A stretch of DNA of 63,702 nt, filler included, from Choristocarpus tenellus KU-1152 (GCA_964200185.2; 13 parts of 13 records of this genome joined end to end with filler, not necessarily neighbours in it), one strand, 5' to 3'; counted from the first letter of the whole stretch, positions 24,382-38,539 are shown. The notes: generated by a model from the sequence alone, not told the origin. Numbers and translations are program-made.

Positions 24382-26055
24382 ACTGGTTCGTTGGTGTGGT
24401 CCAAGACTGTGCGTGTGTTTCCATATCCCAGCAGCACCAGCTGAATCCCCCCCACATATTGCAAAGGAGACTCTTAAAAGCCCCTTGTATCATTTGTGAG
24501 ATGGCTGTCCCCACTCGTGATGGACAGAACATGAATGTGGGCTTGGTTCCACCACTGAACCATTCTCTGCCTCTCTACTCTGTACTTCTCCTTCAAATGC
24601 CTAGAACTTCTAAATCCACTCGCCAAAAAATGTCCTTCAGCCCATTGTATCTCAGAGAGAGGGGGTCTTTGCCCAGATTGTTCATTCGGGGCTTGATGGG
24701 ATGTTGCAAGATACCCTAGTTTGGCTTATTGTATCCTAGAGAAGGGTTCGGGTGTCCATTCGTCCCTTGGTCACCCTGTAATCATTTTCTTGTCACTTGA
24801 CTCAACAAGTCAAATATAAGGGCAATTTCCTTCATCTGGACGCACCTTCATTTTCTATCCCCCTGTCTGGACCAAATCCGAAGGAAAATCACCCCCAAAA
24901 CGGGCATCATTCATCATGCTCATTCTTTCGAATTTTGAAAGGGTTTTGGTTGTGGGGTCTAGAAAAGTATCCCGGACCTGCTTCCAATTGAACCCCCTGC
25001 GATCCCTCTTCTCACCCTTAGAGTATGGGGCAACATTCTTGTTGTACCAAAGCGGTAAACAAAATCAGGTAACATTGAACTTGCACACTGGCATACAGCA
25101 TTTTTTGCTTCCTCCTATTCACGGGTGGTAGTTTTTAATGCGCTGCAGGCTTGCATTGCTTTCTCCAGCTCTACTAGTACAATTATCTATATGATTGGGA
25201 CAAATGGAGATATTGTCGCGCATGCGATGTAGAGAAAAAATTAAAGGGGTATGATTAATAGATGTCAATATGTAACATAAAAGAGGTTGCATACAGTTTT
25301 TGTGAACACGTTTGATAGGTGACAGGTGACTTCTACCATCCTAGAAGCTCTTCCGATTTCTGTTTCATTCCGGATTACATTAACGTTCCAACTGTTACCC
25401 CCAATTCAAATATCGACATACATTGTGGGTGACCATCGTTGTTCTTTTGGTGGAAGATTGCAAGTTTCAGGACAGGAAGTGGTCCCAAATGCTTTATGTT
25501 GATCACAAACATCCTGCATTTCTTTGTTCAGCCCAATCCTCAACACCTTGCACACCTCCTCCATGTACTCTTTGTTCTGACTGTGGACACCGAATAGGCG
25601 CAAACAACGTACTGAGCTGAACTCATGGTATGTCTTTTCTCCCTTTTCCCCATCAAACGCAATACCAGGTACAACCCCAATCGTAGATATATGCAGTGGT
25701 GGGTTATGATACGGTGATTTTCCTCTAGCAAGCAACCCAACTAAAACATTAATTCACTGTCTTCCTGCAAGGCAGATTCTCCATCTTCATATCAACATTC
25801 ACCTTCCTTCCCATCATTCTCCATACACATAAGAAGATCTCGTAGATGGGTCGATGTCATGCTTGTGTACGTACCCCACCCTCCTAGTTTCAGAGTACTT
25901 GTTCACATAATGGGTATTAGCTTATTGTGAGTCCTACATATGTTTTATTATGCTTGTGTGGTTGTTTGTGTGCCTGCGTTTCTCCTTCTCTCCTCCAAAT
26001 ATTGCAGGGGGAACCCCCCCGAACAATCGGTACCAAAAATTTTGGTTTTGATTAA

Positions 26056-26330
26056 AGACCAAAGCATTTAAGAGGGTAGGAGTTTTGCCCTGTTTTTCTG
26101 TTCGGGGCTTGGGTTCCCACGGGGTTTTTGTGCCCTTTTTCGGTTCCCTGTGCGAACTTTTGGGATTTTGGAGTAGGTAAAATGTATAGGAAAATGAAAG
26201 GTGCGGTGCGTCCAGAGTACGGATATTGACACTTGTTAACAAACACGATATAGCCAAGATTAATAAAAATCGCAACATTGGATTTATGAATCCTGACGGA
26301 CGGGTCCCACCCTCTTCAATGCTTTGACTA
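26056..26330. mobile_element. Diverged MITE family A copy
   Basis: AGACCAAAGCATTTAAGAGGGTAG...CACCCTCTTCAATGCTTTGACTA; body colinear with 42115-42376; flanks TAA/TAA. Confidence 0.8.
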
Positions 26331-26685
26331 TAAACTGAGATTTGAGTTAATCGGACTCATCCAATCGCTGCAATTCAGAACACTAGTACTTTTGTTATTA
26401 TTATCGCATCAGTGTGAGGAATCCAAGATCTGCGGTTGAAAAAGTAGTTAAAAGAAGGAGACACACACGAATGAAGGAAATGGGAACAAGGATCATAAAA
26501 GAAAAACAAACAGGTGGAAGCAAAAAGAAGGAGAAGAGAGAAAAGAAAAAAAAGGAGTGAGAAGGAAGAATAGAACCTAGGAGAGAAAAGCACCACCACA
26601 CAAAAGACGGAAGGGGAGGAGGAGGAGAAAGAAAATGAACACAAATAATGGATGCTAGAGGATAAGCCCAAAAAGAAAACATACG

Positions 26686-28397
26686 CTTCCTCCATTCGGA
26701 ATATAAGATAACTCTTCCAGACCCGATGAAGGAGCAAGACTTTTTTTTCACATGTTCATATTTTATGCGTTGTATTATACAGACACGAAATGGTTGCCCC
26801 AATATATCTCAAGAAAAACGGGTCAGCCTACACCAATCTATGATTCCGTTCCTGAAGTCCACCAAAACTCCATCCCAGCACGGTATTTCGCCGCACCCAC
26901 AAGAGCATTCAGAGGGAGCTTGCCTATCTTCTCAGCTTTTTCCTTTCTAAGATGGGGAATTTTGAACATGTTATCACCCTTGACCTTGGAACCTAGCACT
27001 TCACCATAAACTGCGAAGAGGTTCTAGCAGACGCGCTCTAGTGTCTCCAAGGGATAAATATCAAACGGCTCCATTGTGGCCTCCACCAGCTCCTCTGTGT
27101 TGGTCACCCCCTCGTCTTCCTTCAGTTACTGGATGGAATGAAAGAATCCTAAGTCGTCGACATTGAGGTGAGACGAGTTGGCAGACTGGGTCTCTATGAC
27201 AATGTCATCCTCTGTCGTCTCCTCTATTGCCTCCATGACCTCCCCTTTTGTGTGTGGCTTTGCCCCGTCCTACTGCGTGAAGATGGTGCGTCCTTCTGGC
27301 CTAGGCCTTGATTTTTCCGGGACGACGTCCTCGATTATTAGCTTCTTATGCCTTCCTTCCTATACCTCTCCCTATCCACCACGGCTGGCACAAGTATATC
27401 TCTGTACCCTTGGAGTGGTGTTTGCTGGAGCGCTGAGCGACCTTAGTGTCCACAATTGACCAGATCCCGATTTTCCCATTGAACCACACCCTGTTGGAGA
27501 GGTTCCTAGAATGGGCTACAGTTGCAAGGAACATCACCTTCATAATGTAATGCTTAATCTGTGCCCGTGGGGGGTTGGGGGGGTCCTCAGTGGGGTGTAT
27601 GTACACACCTTGCCCATTTTCGAGGATGCAAAATTACTTCTCGTCCACATGCACCCAGTCATATAGATCATCTACTCATACACCACTTCCCCTCCTCTTG
27701 TGTGTGTGGCTGATGACGAGACACACCCTATTGACTTTTTGATGGTCTGAGAGGACTAGCTTAATCCACTGCTTAACCTTCTTCATCTTCTCGCGTTTGC
27801 ACAGAACCCACAATGAGGCAATGGAGACCCCATCTTTGACAGCCCATATGCCGAAGGATGTGAGGTGTACCGATGGGACATCCCAAACGTCGAGGATACT
27901 TTTGCAGTGGCCACATCGCCCCTTGTGATGTTGTAGAGGGCCCATGCATTCACCCAGTGCGATGGAGCTGCCATACTCTTTCAGATGATTGAACACAGTG
28001 ATTCGGGAAATCCCAAAGTCCTTCTTGATGGTCACTGCCATCCCTCAAGGCATCCGAGTCTCGCTTCCTTTCGCCTCCAGACATTGTGCCACCACACTGG
28101 CCTTCGTCGGGGTGTTCAAGTCTGTGGACCCTGAACAGAATTCTGGCTGAAGAATTGGAACTGACGGGCAAGAACAGGATGAGCCATTTGAACGATGGGG
28201 GGTCTTCATCCTAGGTATCGCAATAAACACCCACTTTGACAATTTCATGAGGTTTTTGAACCCCATCAAATGCGACTTGGTGGTGGACTTTGCACTGATG
28301 ATCCTCCACAGTCAAGACAGTCAAACATCTCAAACTTTGCCTGGTCGGGAATGGAGCTTCCAAAAGTTATGTTACATTTAATTCCAAACGGAGGAAG
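26686..28397 (-). mobile_element. Full-length but decayed mariner-like transposon (~1.7 kb)
   Basis: TIRs CTTCCTCCATTCGGAAT and ATTCCAAACGGAGGAAG|TA. Transposase motifs WVHVDEK, KVMFLATVA, WFNGKIGIW, AQRSSK, Q*DGAKPH and QSANSSHLNVDDLGFF, with stops and frameshifts. Confidence 0.92.
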
Positions 28398-29178
28398 TAT
28401 ACAAAGAACAGACAGTGATGGTGGTTGGTGTTGGTGGCTTGGGAGACCATAGCTCCTGTTTTGGTGTGATGTACATTAGCTATTCGAGGTTGTTACAACA
28501 CGCTCCAGAACTCACCTCCACAGGAAGTGCAACTTAAATCTAACAACCTTAAAACGACGCTATGGGGGTGTTGCCCTTGGTAACAGTTTCTTGGGTGTCA
28601 GACGTCTTCTCTCGATGCTTCACTCAGTGCTTACCAAAGTGATGGACTTAATGTTTCACTCAAGATCAAAATACGGAACGAGGGGTAATGGATCGTATCC
28701 AAAAGCCCTTTTATTATTTTCATCATCCATCCGATTTATGTAGACTATAACCTAAAAGACATCTGCAAACTGTTGTATATATACTCCAAACCTTTATTAT
28801 GCAACTTCTAGGAATTTTGACGTTTCTTCTGTAAGGTTACGTATGCATTACGAATCTTACTCTGCATCCTCTAAGAAATTAGCATTTACTCTGTAAGGCT
28901 ACCTATGTACTACTAAACTCGTACTGCTCGCGCTTTTTAGAACACGAGAAGAAATGCTCGAGCTATTCGCCTGTAACAAGTTTTGTTAAATTACCATTCA
29001 GACATTCAAATTTTTGTGTTGTTGGCACGAGTTCATACCACTCTTGTTGGGTAGTGACCTTCATGTTCCAACCCTCATCTCCAATCCCAAAACCTGTCAA
29101 GGCTGTCTTGGAGACAAGTTCACCTGCTTTTTTGCTTCTATTTTTCATCCACAAGCTCCCCAATCGTAAAATTCTTGA

Positions 29179-29351
29179 AGCTCAAAGTATTTAGGGGGGG
29201 GTGGCGGCTGTCTACTTGGGGCCCATTTTTCCATGTTGTGATTTTGGGGTATTTGTTTGTATGCGTTGGATGGATAATGTAAGTTCACTCCTACTGGTCA
29301 GGGTCCAAATGGACACCCTGGTGTAGACTCCCCCCCCCCCCCCCCCCCCCC
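29179..29351. mobile_element. MITE family B
   Basis: AGCTCAAAGTATTTAGGGGGGG...GGACACCCTGGTGTAGACT-polyC, near the contig end. Confidence 0.8.
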
Positions 29352-29473
29352 GTCCCTCGCTCCTCTTGCTGATNNNNNNNNNNNNNNNNNNNNNNNNNNN
29401 NNNNNNNNNNNNNNNNNTTAATTAATTAANNNNNNNNNNNNNNNNNNNNNNNNNNNNNNNNNNNNNNNNNNNN

Positions 29474-32298
29474 GTATCAATTTTGTATACACTATGGTGT
29501 ACATAAAGTAACGAAATAGAGTGTATTATACAGGGTAAGATTGATTACTTGGAATGCAAAAGGGTCCAGACCTGCCAACCTCTCGATTGGTTACATCATT
29601 TTCACACATTAATCGGGGATGATCCCAACCCTTTGTCAGAGATACTACATGCTGAACTATTCTCATGCGCTAAGTACTGACTGAAATGTTTCACTACGAC
29701 TGATAATTGTATCACCTCTGCTCCTGCCTTGCATATCGCGCATTGCCTTCAGTACCCCCCCCTGGTTGTTGCTCCGTCTCCTTCCTCGAATATTCCGTTG
29801 GGGCTGCCCAAACGTTTTTCCACTTTGATCTTAGTCCGGCGTTTTGTGGTACAGCACAGAGGATAGTACAGGAGGTACAAGCCGATAATTTTGCCATGTG
29901 AAAAAGTTGGGAGGCACTAAAAACAGGGAAGTCAATGCCACCTTTACCACTCAGTCACAAGACCACCCGTACGAACAGCGAGACCTTACCCATCATGCAT
30001 GAGGAACAAGCCAAAACCAGGACAAGGTCATTGCCTGGCTTGAGTAGAGTACAACAGTGATCCTGTGGGGTGAACTGAAACGTGTTCAAGGCTCACAAAG
30101 TAGTAAGCTACACCATACGTTGACTTGAACTTTACGTCATGCTATTTGAATAACTTACACCATGCAGCACCACACCACACACACGTGGCGATACCTTGCC
30201 AGACAGACATACATACACACATACATTCATAAAACATCATGTAGCGTGCAACAAAACCGTAGTAGGTCAAAGCTCAAGTTTCTGACTATGCGACAGACTG
30301 ACAACTCCTCATGGTAGCATTATTACTCCCTGAATCATTACCTTGAATGAGGTACACAACCATTTGGTACACCTGTACTACCTTGTATTTCTTCTGGTTA
30401 CTGCTGTAAGGTAAGTAGGAGTCAGTTATTAATTCATCGTGATAATTTATGCTTGGTGTTATTCTCTCTACTTCCTCGACTACTCTGTCTTACATACAAA
30501 CTCTCACAGAGGACAGATAGATGATGGGCAGCTTATTTTTTTCAAGTTTTGTCCACAATAAGTTGTAACATCAGTCTGATAAGTGGGTATAGTAAGGCTT
30601 TACCTAACCCTGCACCTTACTCTATACGGACTATCACAGGTGGATGCACCGGCGACCATGCTGAAGTCCTGGTCTGGGTTTCTTTCCCTGCTAGGGGATG
30701 CTCCACTTCTGTCAGGATACGTTGATTCTCTTGTTGGAGTTGGATGAAGTTCGAACGAGGAACATGGTCAGCAGTTTATCCACGGACCTAGAGCTTCAAG
30801 AGATCCTGAGGCTATTCAGGCCGTCCAGCATTGGTTCTTGCACACTCGTTGACATGGTGCGCAGTGAACGCAGGGATGGTGTCCCCAAACTGTACCTGTG
30901 AAGTGGTCACCTCACGAACGGTTGAATGTGGTGAGGAAACAGAGTTGTCCTTTATATGGGTATCATGTTTGGGCCAGCTGACACAGTGTTCGAGGGTTGA
31001 CGACACTGTTCCTGCACGACCACGATGATCTGTTGGGGGAGATGGGGGGGAACCTCGTCTGCAATTTGCATTTTTTGAATTATTGGATGCGATGAGCAGT
31101 GATCGGAAGAACTTGAGTCTGAGTCATGATTTGTGGATGAATCCACATCTTGGACTAACTCGCACTCGTTGACTTTTCTGCTCCTCTTGCTTGCTTCCTC
31201 GAAACGTTCAGCAAGGTGTCCTTCAAAACATTTATCGGTTACCCTATCTCTGAGTTCACCAGTGTCATCAATATGAATAGTTTGATTCTGTGGGGTATCG
31301 TTCACTCAGGCAAGGGCGGTGAAGGGAATCACTGGGCAAGACCGACGGACTAAGATGAACCGTAACTGAGATGGTGAGGTTAAGGTTGGAGAAGTGCAAA
31401 GACCGCAGGGTATTGCAGAATATTGTAGAGTGATGAGAATCTCAATAGAGAGGGATCATCAGAATGTCACAACCCTGCTATATACACTGATAGTAATACA
31501 ATTGTACTATGTACCAGATACTTACCACTGTGGAAATAATAACAATAATAGTAAGGTCGGGTGTTCAGGGAGTTTTTTTTTTTTGAGATGCGGAAATGAG
31601 AGGATAAGGTACAAAAAATTGAGAAATCAGAAGGGAAGGTAAGACCTACAAATTCGACGTTTAATCTCATGTTTAACGCAGAATGAAAAATGGGGTAGGG
31701 GACATAACAGTCCCTTTTTTTTTGTAGAGTGAAAGTATCTTAGAGGGTACGAGTTTTGCCCTGTTTATCCATTTGGGGCTTGGCTTCCCATGGGCGTTTT
31801 ATTACATTTTCCTTCGCCAAATGGTTTCGGAGTGGGTAAAATGTGTATGTTATTAAAAGGCGTGTCCAGAACATCGACGTTGACACTTCCTAACACACAC
31901 TATAGCCAAAATTTAATCAAAATTGCAACATTGGACTTTGACCCCCAAATGGACGCGACTGTACCGTCTAAGATACTTTGACTCGTAGCCAGGAATATAT
32001 TTTGTTAGTTTTCATTTATGTATGTGGGGCCACACACTTAATATTTTTTTAATATCAGTAGTACCTTGCTTGGTTTGACCCAAATCAATCGAGAGATAGG
32101 CAGGTTTGGACCCTTGCGCACTACTCTAAGCCATCTTTATCCTTTCTTTGCAATACACATTGTGCACAGTAGTGAATGCAAATTGACATCCTCGCTTTCC
32201 ATACACAAGGTGACACCACAATTAAGCAAATAACAGCCGATTTCAAAAATTGAGGATGGAGCTTTTCATTGAGGATGGGCTCGACCCAAAATTGACTG
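29474..32298. mobile_element. Long-TIR DNA element (MULE-like architecture) with decayed minus-strand coding interior
   Basis: 29474-29592 is a degenerate inverted repeat of ~32083-32190 (core AGGGTCCA(G/A)ACCTGCC(A/T)A(C/T)CTCTCGATTG). A third copy of the terminus is at 38540-38732. Confidence 0.55.
31727..31984. mobile_element. MITE family A
   Basis: GAGTGAAAGTATCTTAGAGGGTAC...TACCGTCTAAGATACTTTGACTC; flanks GTA/GTA. Confidence 0.92.
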
Positions 32299-32779
32299 NN
32301 NNNNNNNNNNNNNNNNNNNNNNNNNNNNNNNNNNNNNNNNNNTTAATTAATTAANNNNNNNNNNNNNNNNNNNNNNNNNNNNNNNNNNNNNNNNNNNNCC
32401 ACCCCCCCCCCCCCCCCCCCCCCCAGATACTTTGACCCATACCATTACACATTTCGGATCAACCATAGTCTCTTTGAGCAAAAGATGTCACAGATGAACC
32501 ATTACACATTTCGCATCAACCATAGTTTGAGTAAATGATCAAAACATTCCTTTAGATACACCAGACCAAGCAGGCAGTTGTGTTGTTGCACTATGACACA
32601 CACCTGTCTCTAAACGTGCTAAGAACAGCACAACCAAACACACTTTCACATCAATCATTGTCTACTCGAGTAAAACTTGTCATCAGACGTACCAGAACAA
32701 ATCCATCGGTGCTTTGTTGAACTATGATACCCTTGGTTACAAACTAGACACACCACAACAATGCACAACTCATACGAAA

Positions 32780-35050
32780 TCAGGTTTCAACATCAAACAG
32801 TGTGACTAATGACCCGACGAACATGTATAGTTTCACCTCATGCCCAGAAGGCCGCAAAATGACTGTGGCCGATGGCACGTCATCACCTATCATGGGATAT
32901 GGCATGCTTGATCTCAATTTCAATGCAGACCATGACGGGTGGGTAAATTTTACTCTAGAGCTTGTTGCCCTTGTTCCCAACTTAGCAGTCAACCTCCTAT
33001 CCTCATGCTCTGCTTTAAAGCTGAGAAAGGAACCATCAAATGGAAAGGTGATACTTACTATATATCGTATGTGGAGGGTCTTCTACTTATTATTGAGTCG
33101 GATGGATCTATGTACACAGCCGAAGTTGAAAGGCTGGAACCCCTGATGAATCACCTTCTGTACAAAATGTCTGGTCTGCACCAATGCACACTAACGTTTT
33201 CCATCGCATTTTGAACTATGTTGGTGAGCACATCCTCCTTCGTACAGCACTTGAACAGGGGATCAAGCTGTCAGGACATCTGATCACAATGACATGTTCG
33301 GGGTGTGTTAAGGGAATTCGAATCAAAGATCCCATCCCCAAATTTACTGTGGTTCGTACTAAAGGACCGTTCATCAGCATTTTATTGATCTCACCGGAAC
33401 CACAAAAGTATGATCTCTTAGTGGGGCACTGTAAAGTCCTGGTGATTGTTGACGATGCTGCGCATTTCTTTGGATATACCTCCTCAAGCAAAAGAACAAC
33501 GCAGGAAAAGCCCTTGGGCGATGGAACATGACTGAAGACATCCGCATTCGATATATCCGACATCATCTTGGGGATGAGTGGCAACGTGAAGAATTTCAGA
33601 CGTTATAGGTGGAAATGGGTGCAGTCAGGAAATGACAAGAACAGGAGAACCCCAGTACAATGACGTGGCCAAACGCCATATCGTTCAGGTTGACAATGGT
33701 GCAAGGGGCAGCACTTACTCTGCGGGGTTGAGTGAGAAAATGTGGTTGTAGGGAGAGGCTTATCATCATTCAGCGTTCATCCTCAACAGAAATACCACTG
33801 TTACAAGTAAGGGGATCTCGCCTTATTGTGCATCATATGGGAGAAGTTGGGTCCCTGATCGGTGTACTGGCTTTTGGCACCCCTGGATACTACAAATCCA
33901 AACCAAGACATAACCCTGGGAGTCACGGGCAACACTGCATCATGCTCGGGATGTCAAAGAATCAACCCCATGACATGTTTCGCGTCCTAGACCTCGCAAC
34001 CAATCGAATACTCCAGCGAGCAGGCGTTTATTGGCACCCTACAAAAGATGGTAGGGTACCTTGTCCGAGTTCTGATTTTGAGCATGTTGATGATGATGTG
34101 GATGATACTCCAGGATACATCCTCCCTCCCCATGTGCGCTGAAGGACTACCGAAATCCAGGAGATAGAGGGTGATGATGATGGAATCTCCTGGATTGAAG
34201 GAGGATTAGGTGATGGCAATGAATCTGGAGATACATTGGTTGATGCCGGTGAAACTGTGGATGCTAGCACCTGTGATGAAAATGACATAAATTGGATTGG
34301 TGGGGACAACGAGAATGGTGAAGGGGAAGACGAGACACAGCAGAATGACAGCCGTAGCGACAGAGAACTTCGATGTCTCAGTACTGGCAATGGCCACCCT
34401 TTCCTCATTGCACCAGATCTGGCAACCATCAAATGTTTCTGGTGAAGTTGCTGTTTTTATGATGACTTCCACTTTTTTTTTAAATTTGTTTATCTGTTCC
34501 ATCGAGACTGCCTGCCCTTCCTTGTAATGTGTATGAGTGATGATTCTATTCGTGTGTTAGCGGATGAGCTCCCTCCAGAACCCAAGACTGTAAGAGCAGC
34601 ACGTAGCTCTCCCGAATGTGATTTATGGGATCAGGTTAGGGCAGAATAGATGTCTGGTTTGTTGTTGAATAATGTTTGGGTGAAGACCGTATTAGCCCGT
34701 GGATGCAGGGCAATAGACACTAAATGGATTCACAAACGTAAGAACAATAAATTGGTGAGGTAGTCAAATACAAGGCACTTTTGGTAGCAAAGAGTTTTCG
34801 ACAGATTGAGGGTTTGTGCGTTTAGTGAAAACTCTTTATGGCACCAAACAGGCTAGCAAGGAGTTCAATAATTTGTTGGTGCGCGTTTTTGGAATGATGT
34901 GGTTTAAATCAATATAGAGCAGATCCCTGTGTGTTGCACTATGTGTAAGAAATTGCGTTGTTGGTGCTGTAGTATTCCCTCACGTTGACGATCTTATCGT
35001 GACAGGAACATCTGATATTTTGATTTGGGTTCGCTCCAGGATTAATGAGT
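32780..35050 (+). mobile_element. Ty1/copia LTR retrotransposon pol remnant
   Basis: Order protease (TNDPTNM..VADGT..GYG..VPNLAVNLLS), pre-integrase (FHRILNY..CSGCVKG), integrase/SH3, RT (EPKTVRAA..W, IDTKWIHKRK, HVDDLIVTG), with many stops and frameshifts. Confidence 0.9.
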
Positions 35051-35506
35051 AGTTTTGAGCCTTTCCTCCATGAAGCTATTCAACAGAAATAGTTGATAGA
35101 CAATTTGAAAGGGAGGGTAAGAGAAAGAGAAGGCCTGAGGTATTGAATTAATTCCCGCTAAACCACCCTCGTTTCATGTTTGATGGGGGAGGCCGGGATA
35201 GACATGCTTTCTCCTAAGGGGGCAGTAACCATGATTTCCTTATTTGATTGTTGCTCCTCAGAGGTAGGTGGGAGGGGCATCCTTGATAATCAGGTAGGCC
35301 AAGCCATTTAACAGGGGATTCGCAAAATTGAGGGAGGAACGGGACTATGAGGAACGTTGTTTTGCGAAAACTGTATTAAAAAAGTACCGAAAGGTTTTTT
35401 TTTGTGNNNNNNNNNNNNNNNNNNNNNNNNNNNNNNNNNNNNNNNNNNNNTTAATTAATTAANNNNNNNNNNNNNNNNNNNNNNNNNNNNNNNNNNNNNN
35501 NNNNNN

Positions 35507-35577
35507 ACATCAAATTCGCAACATTGGATTTTGGCCCCCAAATGGACACTGCTCTACCCTCTAAGGTACTTTGGCTC
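35507..35577. mobile_element. MITE family A right end
   Basis: ...CCCAAATGGACACTGCTCTACCCTCTAAGGTACTTTGGCTC. Confidence 0.8.
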
Positions 35578-35579
35578 TC

Positions 35580-38100
35580 TGACAAACTGGTTCACAGCAG
35601 TACTATCCCTACTGCCCACCAGGATGTTGTCGACATGTATGGTGACTAATGTTTCCAGTTCACCATCCATATTCCTTCTTAACTTATAAGGTCAGGTTTT
35701 GACTGTTTGAACCTCAAAATCATTAATGAGTCCGTGAGCATGCAAATCCAGTTCCATGATGCCTGGACTCAACCATATATAGAACAGTTCAGTTTCTCAA
35801 CAGCCCCTGGAAACTTCCGGTACTGCTCTGATAACTCAATAAAGATATCTTCCTCTACTGATGCTTGAATTAATGCCTGTTCCACAACCAGATGCCTTAG
35901 CTCCAGATCCTCTATGCCTGCTGCCGATGTCGTTGGCACGAACTTCTCTGTGTAGTCCAGTTCAGGGGTTTGCCAGAAGCCTTGCGCCAAAAAATAGCAC
36001 TCGTATCTCACCACTTTACCATCCTCGTCCACTTTTCCCTTGAATACTATTTCTAAACCAACCACCTTGCGGTCAGTTATGCGTGACATCTGTATCTAAA
36101 TGTTGTCAGTTTCCAGTCCCTCCATTTCAAGTTAAATTGCCTTCTCCTAGTACCTTGATTCTACTGATGAAAGAGCTTGTGACAGATTTGTTGGTTCAGG
36201 TGGTAGCTCACTTTCCAGACCCTCCGCGATGATCAATGCTTGCTTGTCATATCATCGTGTGCCTACTCCTCCATCCTTCCCAGCAATTTGAACTTCCCCA
36301 ATCATTTTGTCAAAATGCTGCATAGTGCCAAGCCGTTGTTGTTGACGGCAAGTTCCTCATCATCGACTTCTCGATAGCCAATGCTACCACCATTCTGCTT
36401 CTCACTCAACCTTGTATTGCTGGATAAGCCTGCCCAGTCCAGGGATCACATATTTGCGCAAGCAATTCTGGATGGTTGTTGTTGTGACTGATCCCCTACA
36501 TCTTTGGGTGACTTCAGTTGTTCGTGTCGCCTTTCTTTTGTCTCAGATTGGTTCCTTGCCACCATACTAAACTGCCCCGTAGTAATACTGGGTCTAGGGT
36601 GTTGTCCTTTGTCATGGGATTTGATCTCGTTCTTTTGTCCCACCTGTGGATGCCACATCACATCCTGCCTTATCACTATTGCTCATGTTGCCAGATTGAG
36701 CACTTTTATCGTACTCTTTATACACACACATATATGCATAGCTCCCAGTCGTTTGCCTGTTTGATGCCAATCCAAGCATAATGTATTTGCACCAATGTGG
36801 TGCTAGTTTTTTACTCTGGGAAGTGTTTCAAGAGAAACCCACCGTGCTAAATGACTGAATGCCATCTAGGTTTGCCCAGCAGCCATGCCACTTCTTAAAT
36901 AGTGGCGTACCACGTTCGTTCGTGGTGGTATCACAATTGTTGGTTATACCTGTAATAACCTATCGTCTTGGTAGTACAGGGGTTTATTCAAGCTCCAATA
37001 ATGATACGGTCATGGGATTGACTCCTGGTGTGGTTACATAGTTATACGTCTGTTTAACACACCTGTTTAAAGGTGACACACGCCATTAGGATACACAACC
37101 TCGCCTTAGTAACTGCCCTGCCGAAGTTAGACACTGATTAGAGGAATAAAAACCCTCTATCGAAACCTCACCAAATCTAACAGCTTGCAATTCCTGGGAA
37201 TAGCTTTTGTATTAACGTTTAGTCAAGACTACTTTCGTGGTAGCACGGGGATTTACTAAACGTTCAAACATTGGTTACCATGCATGCCACGATCATTGCT
37301 TCCGTCCATAGGTTCGGCCTGCCTCCTTTCTGCACACTCTCCAGCTTAGCCAATGTTTTTTCTTTAAGCAGACCTAGCGCCCTCTCTGCCACCCTGTTGT
37401 GTTGAAGCGTATCAAAGCATAGTCATCTCGTGTATGATAGACAGCTCCGTTAGCAATTCATGGAAGTTTCCTTCAAAATCACCTCTCTCACTGGTGCTGA
37501 TGATGCCAATACTCCACTTTATGGGCTTAGACACATTAACAATGAGTTCCTTGAGAGCATCCACCGCATCAAACTTGTTCTTCAGGAATCACACCCACTT
37601 CATGCGAGAGTAGTAGTCATCAACAAAGATCAGGACATAACGCTTTCCTAGATGGCTTGTCAACCTCATCAGCCCCGTCAGGTACGCAAATAGGCGTCCC
37701 AGTAGTCATTTTGCTCTGTTGTTTGTAGTCTTATGCCATGTGCTCGTGCACTTTTGCTGTGGAGAACCCTAGAAGGGTGTCCAGCTCCCAGTTAAAGTGA
37801 TTCATGCTGCTTTGGTTGTCTTTTACACATTGCATGAGCTGCTTGTGTGGGTGCCCTATCATATTGTGCATTTCCACGTTGTCATTTCCATCACATCTCT
37901 CTGATCAAATCGTTACTGCAAGTAGTGTCCCCGATGCTGAAGACCACAGTATCTCGAAAGCGTACAGTCCTTCTTTCCCAGAAGGAAAGAAGTATGCGTG
38001 AATTATTTTGCCCAGTACCACTGCGTCACCCCTCATGTGAGTGTCACAGCCTCACGTATTCGAAGCACCCTTCGCTGATAGTAGGTTCCACCCCAACTTT
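35580..38100 (-). mobile_element. Ty1/copia LTR retrotransposon pol remnant
   Basis: RT motifs VFKGKVDEDGKVVRYE..LAQGFWQ..LDYTE, VEQALIQA..EEDIF, SIYG and HVDNILVG; integrase QHNRVAERA near 37380-37410. Confidence 0.88.
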
Positions 38101-38136
38101 GATACTATTCCTACCCTTTCCAAGGTAGCCATTTTT

Positions 38137-38217
38137 GGGTCAAAGTATCTAGGGGGGGGTGTCGGCGTCCGTTTTTCACCCTTTTTTCTATTTTTACTTT
38201 TTTTGTGCGATTTGGTC
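38137..38217. mobile_element. GGGTCAAAGTATCT-polyG terminus (family B-like), truncated by the gap
   Basis: GGGTCAAAGTATCTAGGGGGGGGGTGTCGGCGTCC. Confidence 0.65.
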
Positions 38218-38539
38218 NNNNNNNNNNNNNNNNNNNNNNNNNNNNNNNNNNNNNNNNNNNNTTAATTAATTAANNNNNNNNNNNNNNNNNNNNNNNNNNN
38301 NNNNNNNNNNNNNNNNNCAAGGAGGGATTTCAGGGCTTGTGGGGGACAGGTTACGCAGCTCCCTTCCCCACCCCACCAGTACCCAGTGGGTCCACAAAGC
38401 GGAAATACCCCCCAACCAACCCCTTCGCACAGCCTTCACGGAGGTAAGTTGTACTGCTCTTCAAAGCCGAAACCAATTTAGAGGTATGAAGGGTTGCTCT
38501 TCAAGATTACCGAGAATGGACAAAAAATACGCCATTTTG

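Noticed and set aside
26375-26802. Long Phe/Ser/Leu-rich ORFs
   Set aside because: Antisense reading of a purine-rich low-complexity tract plus a mariner TIR.
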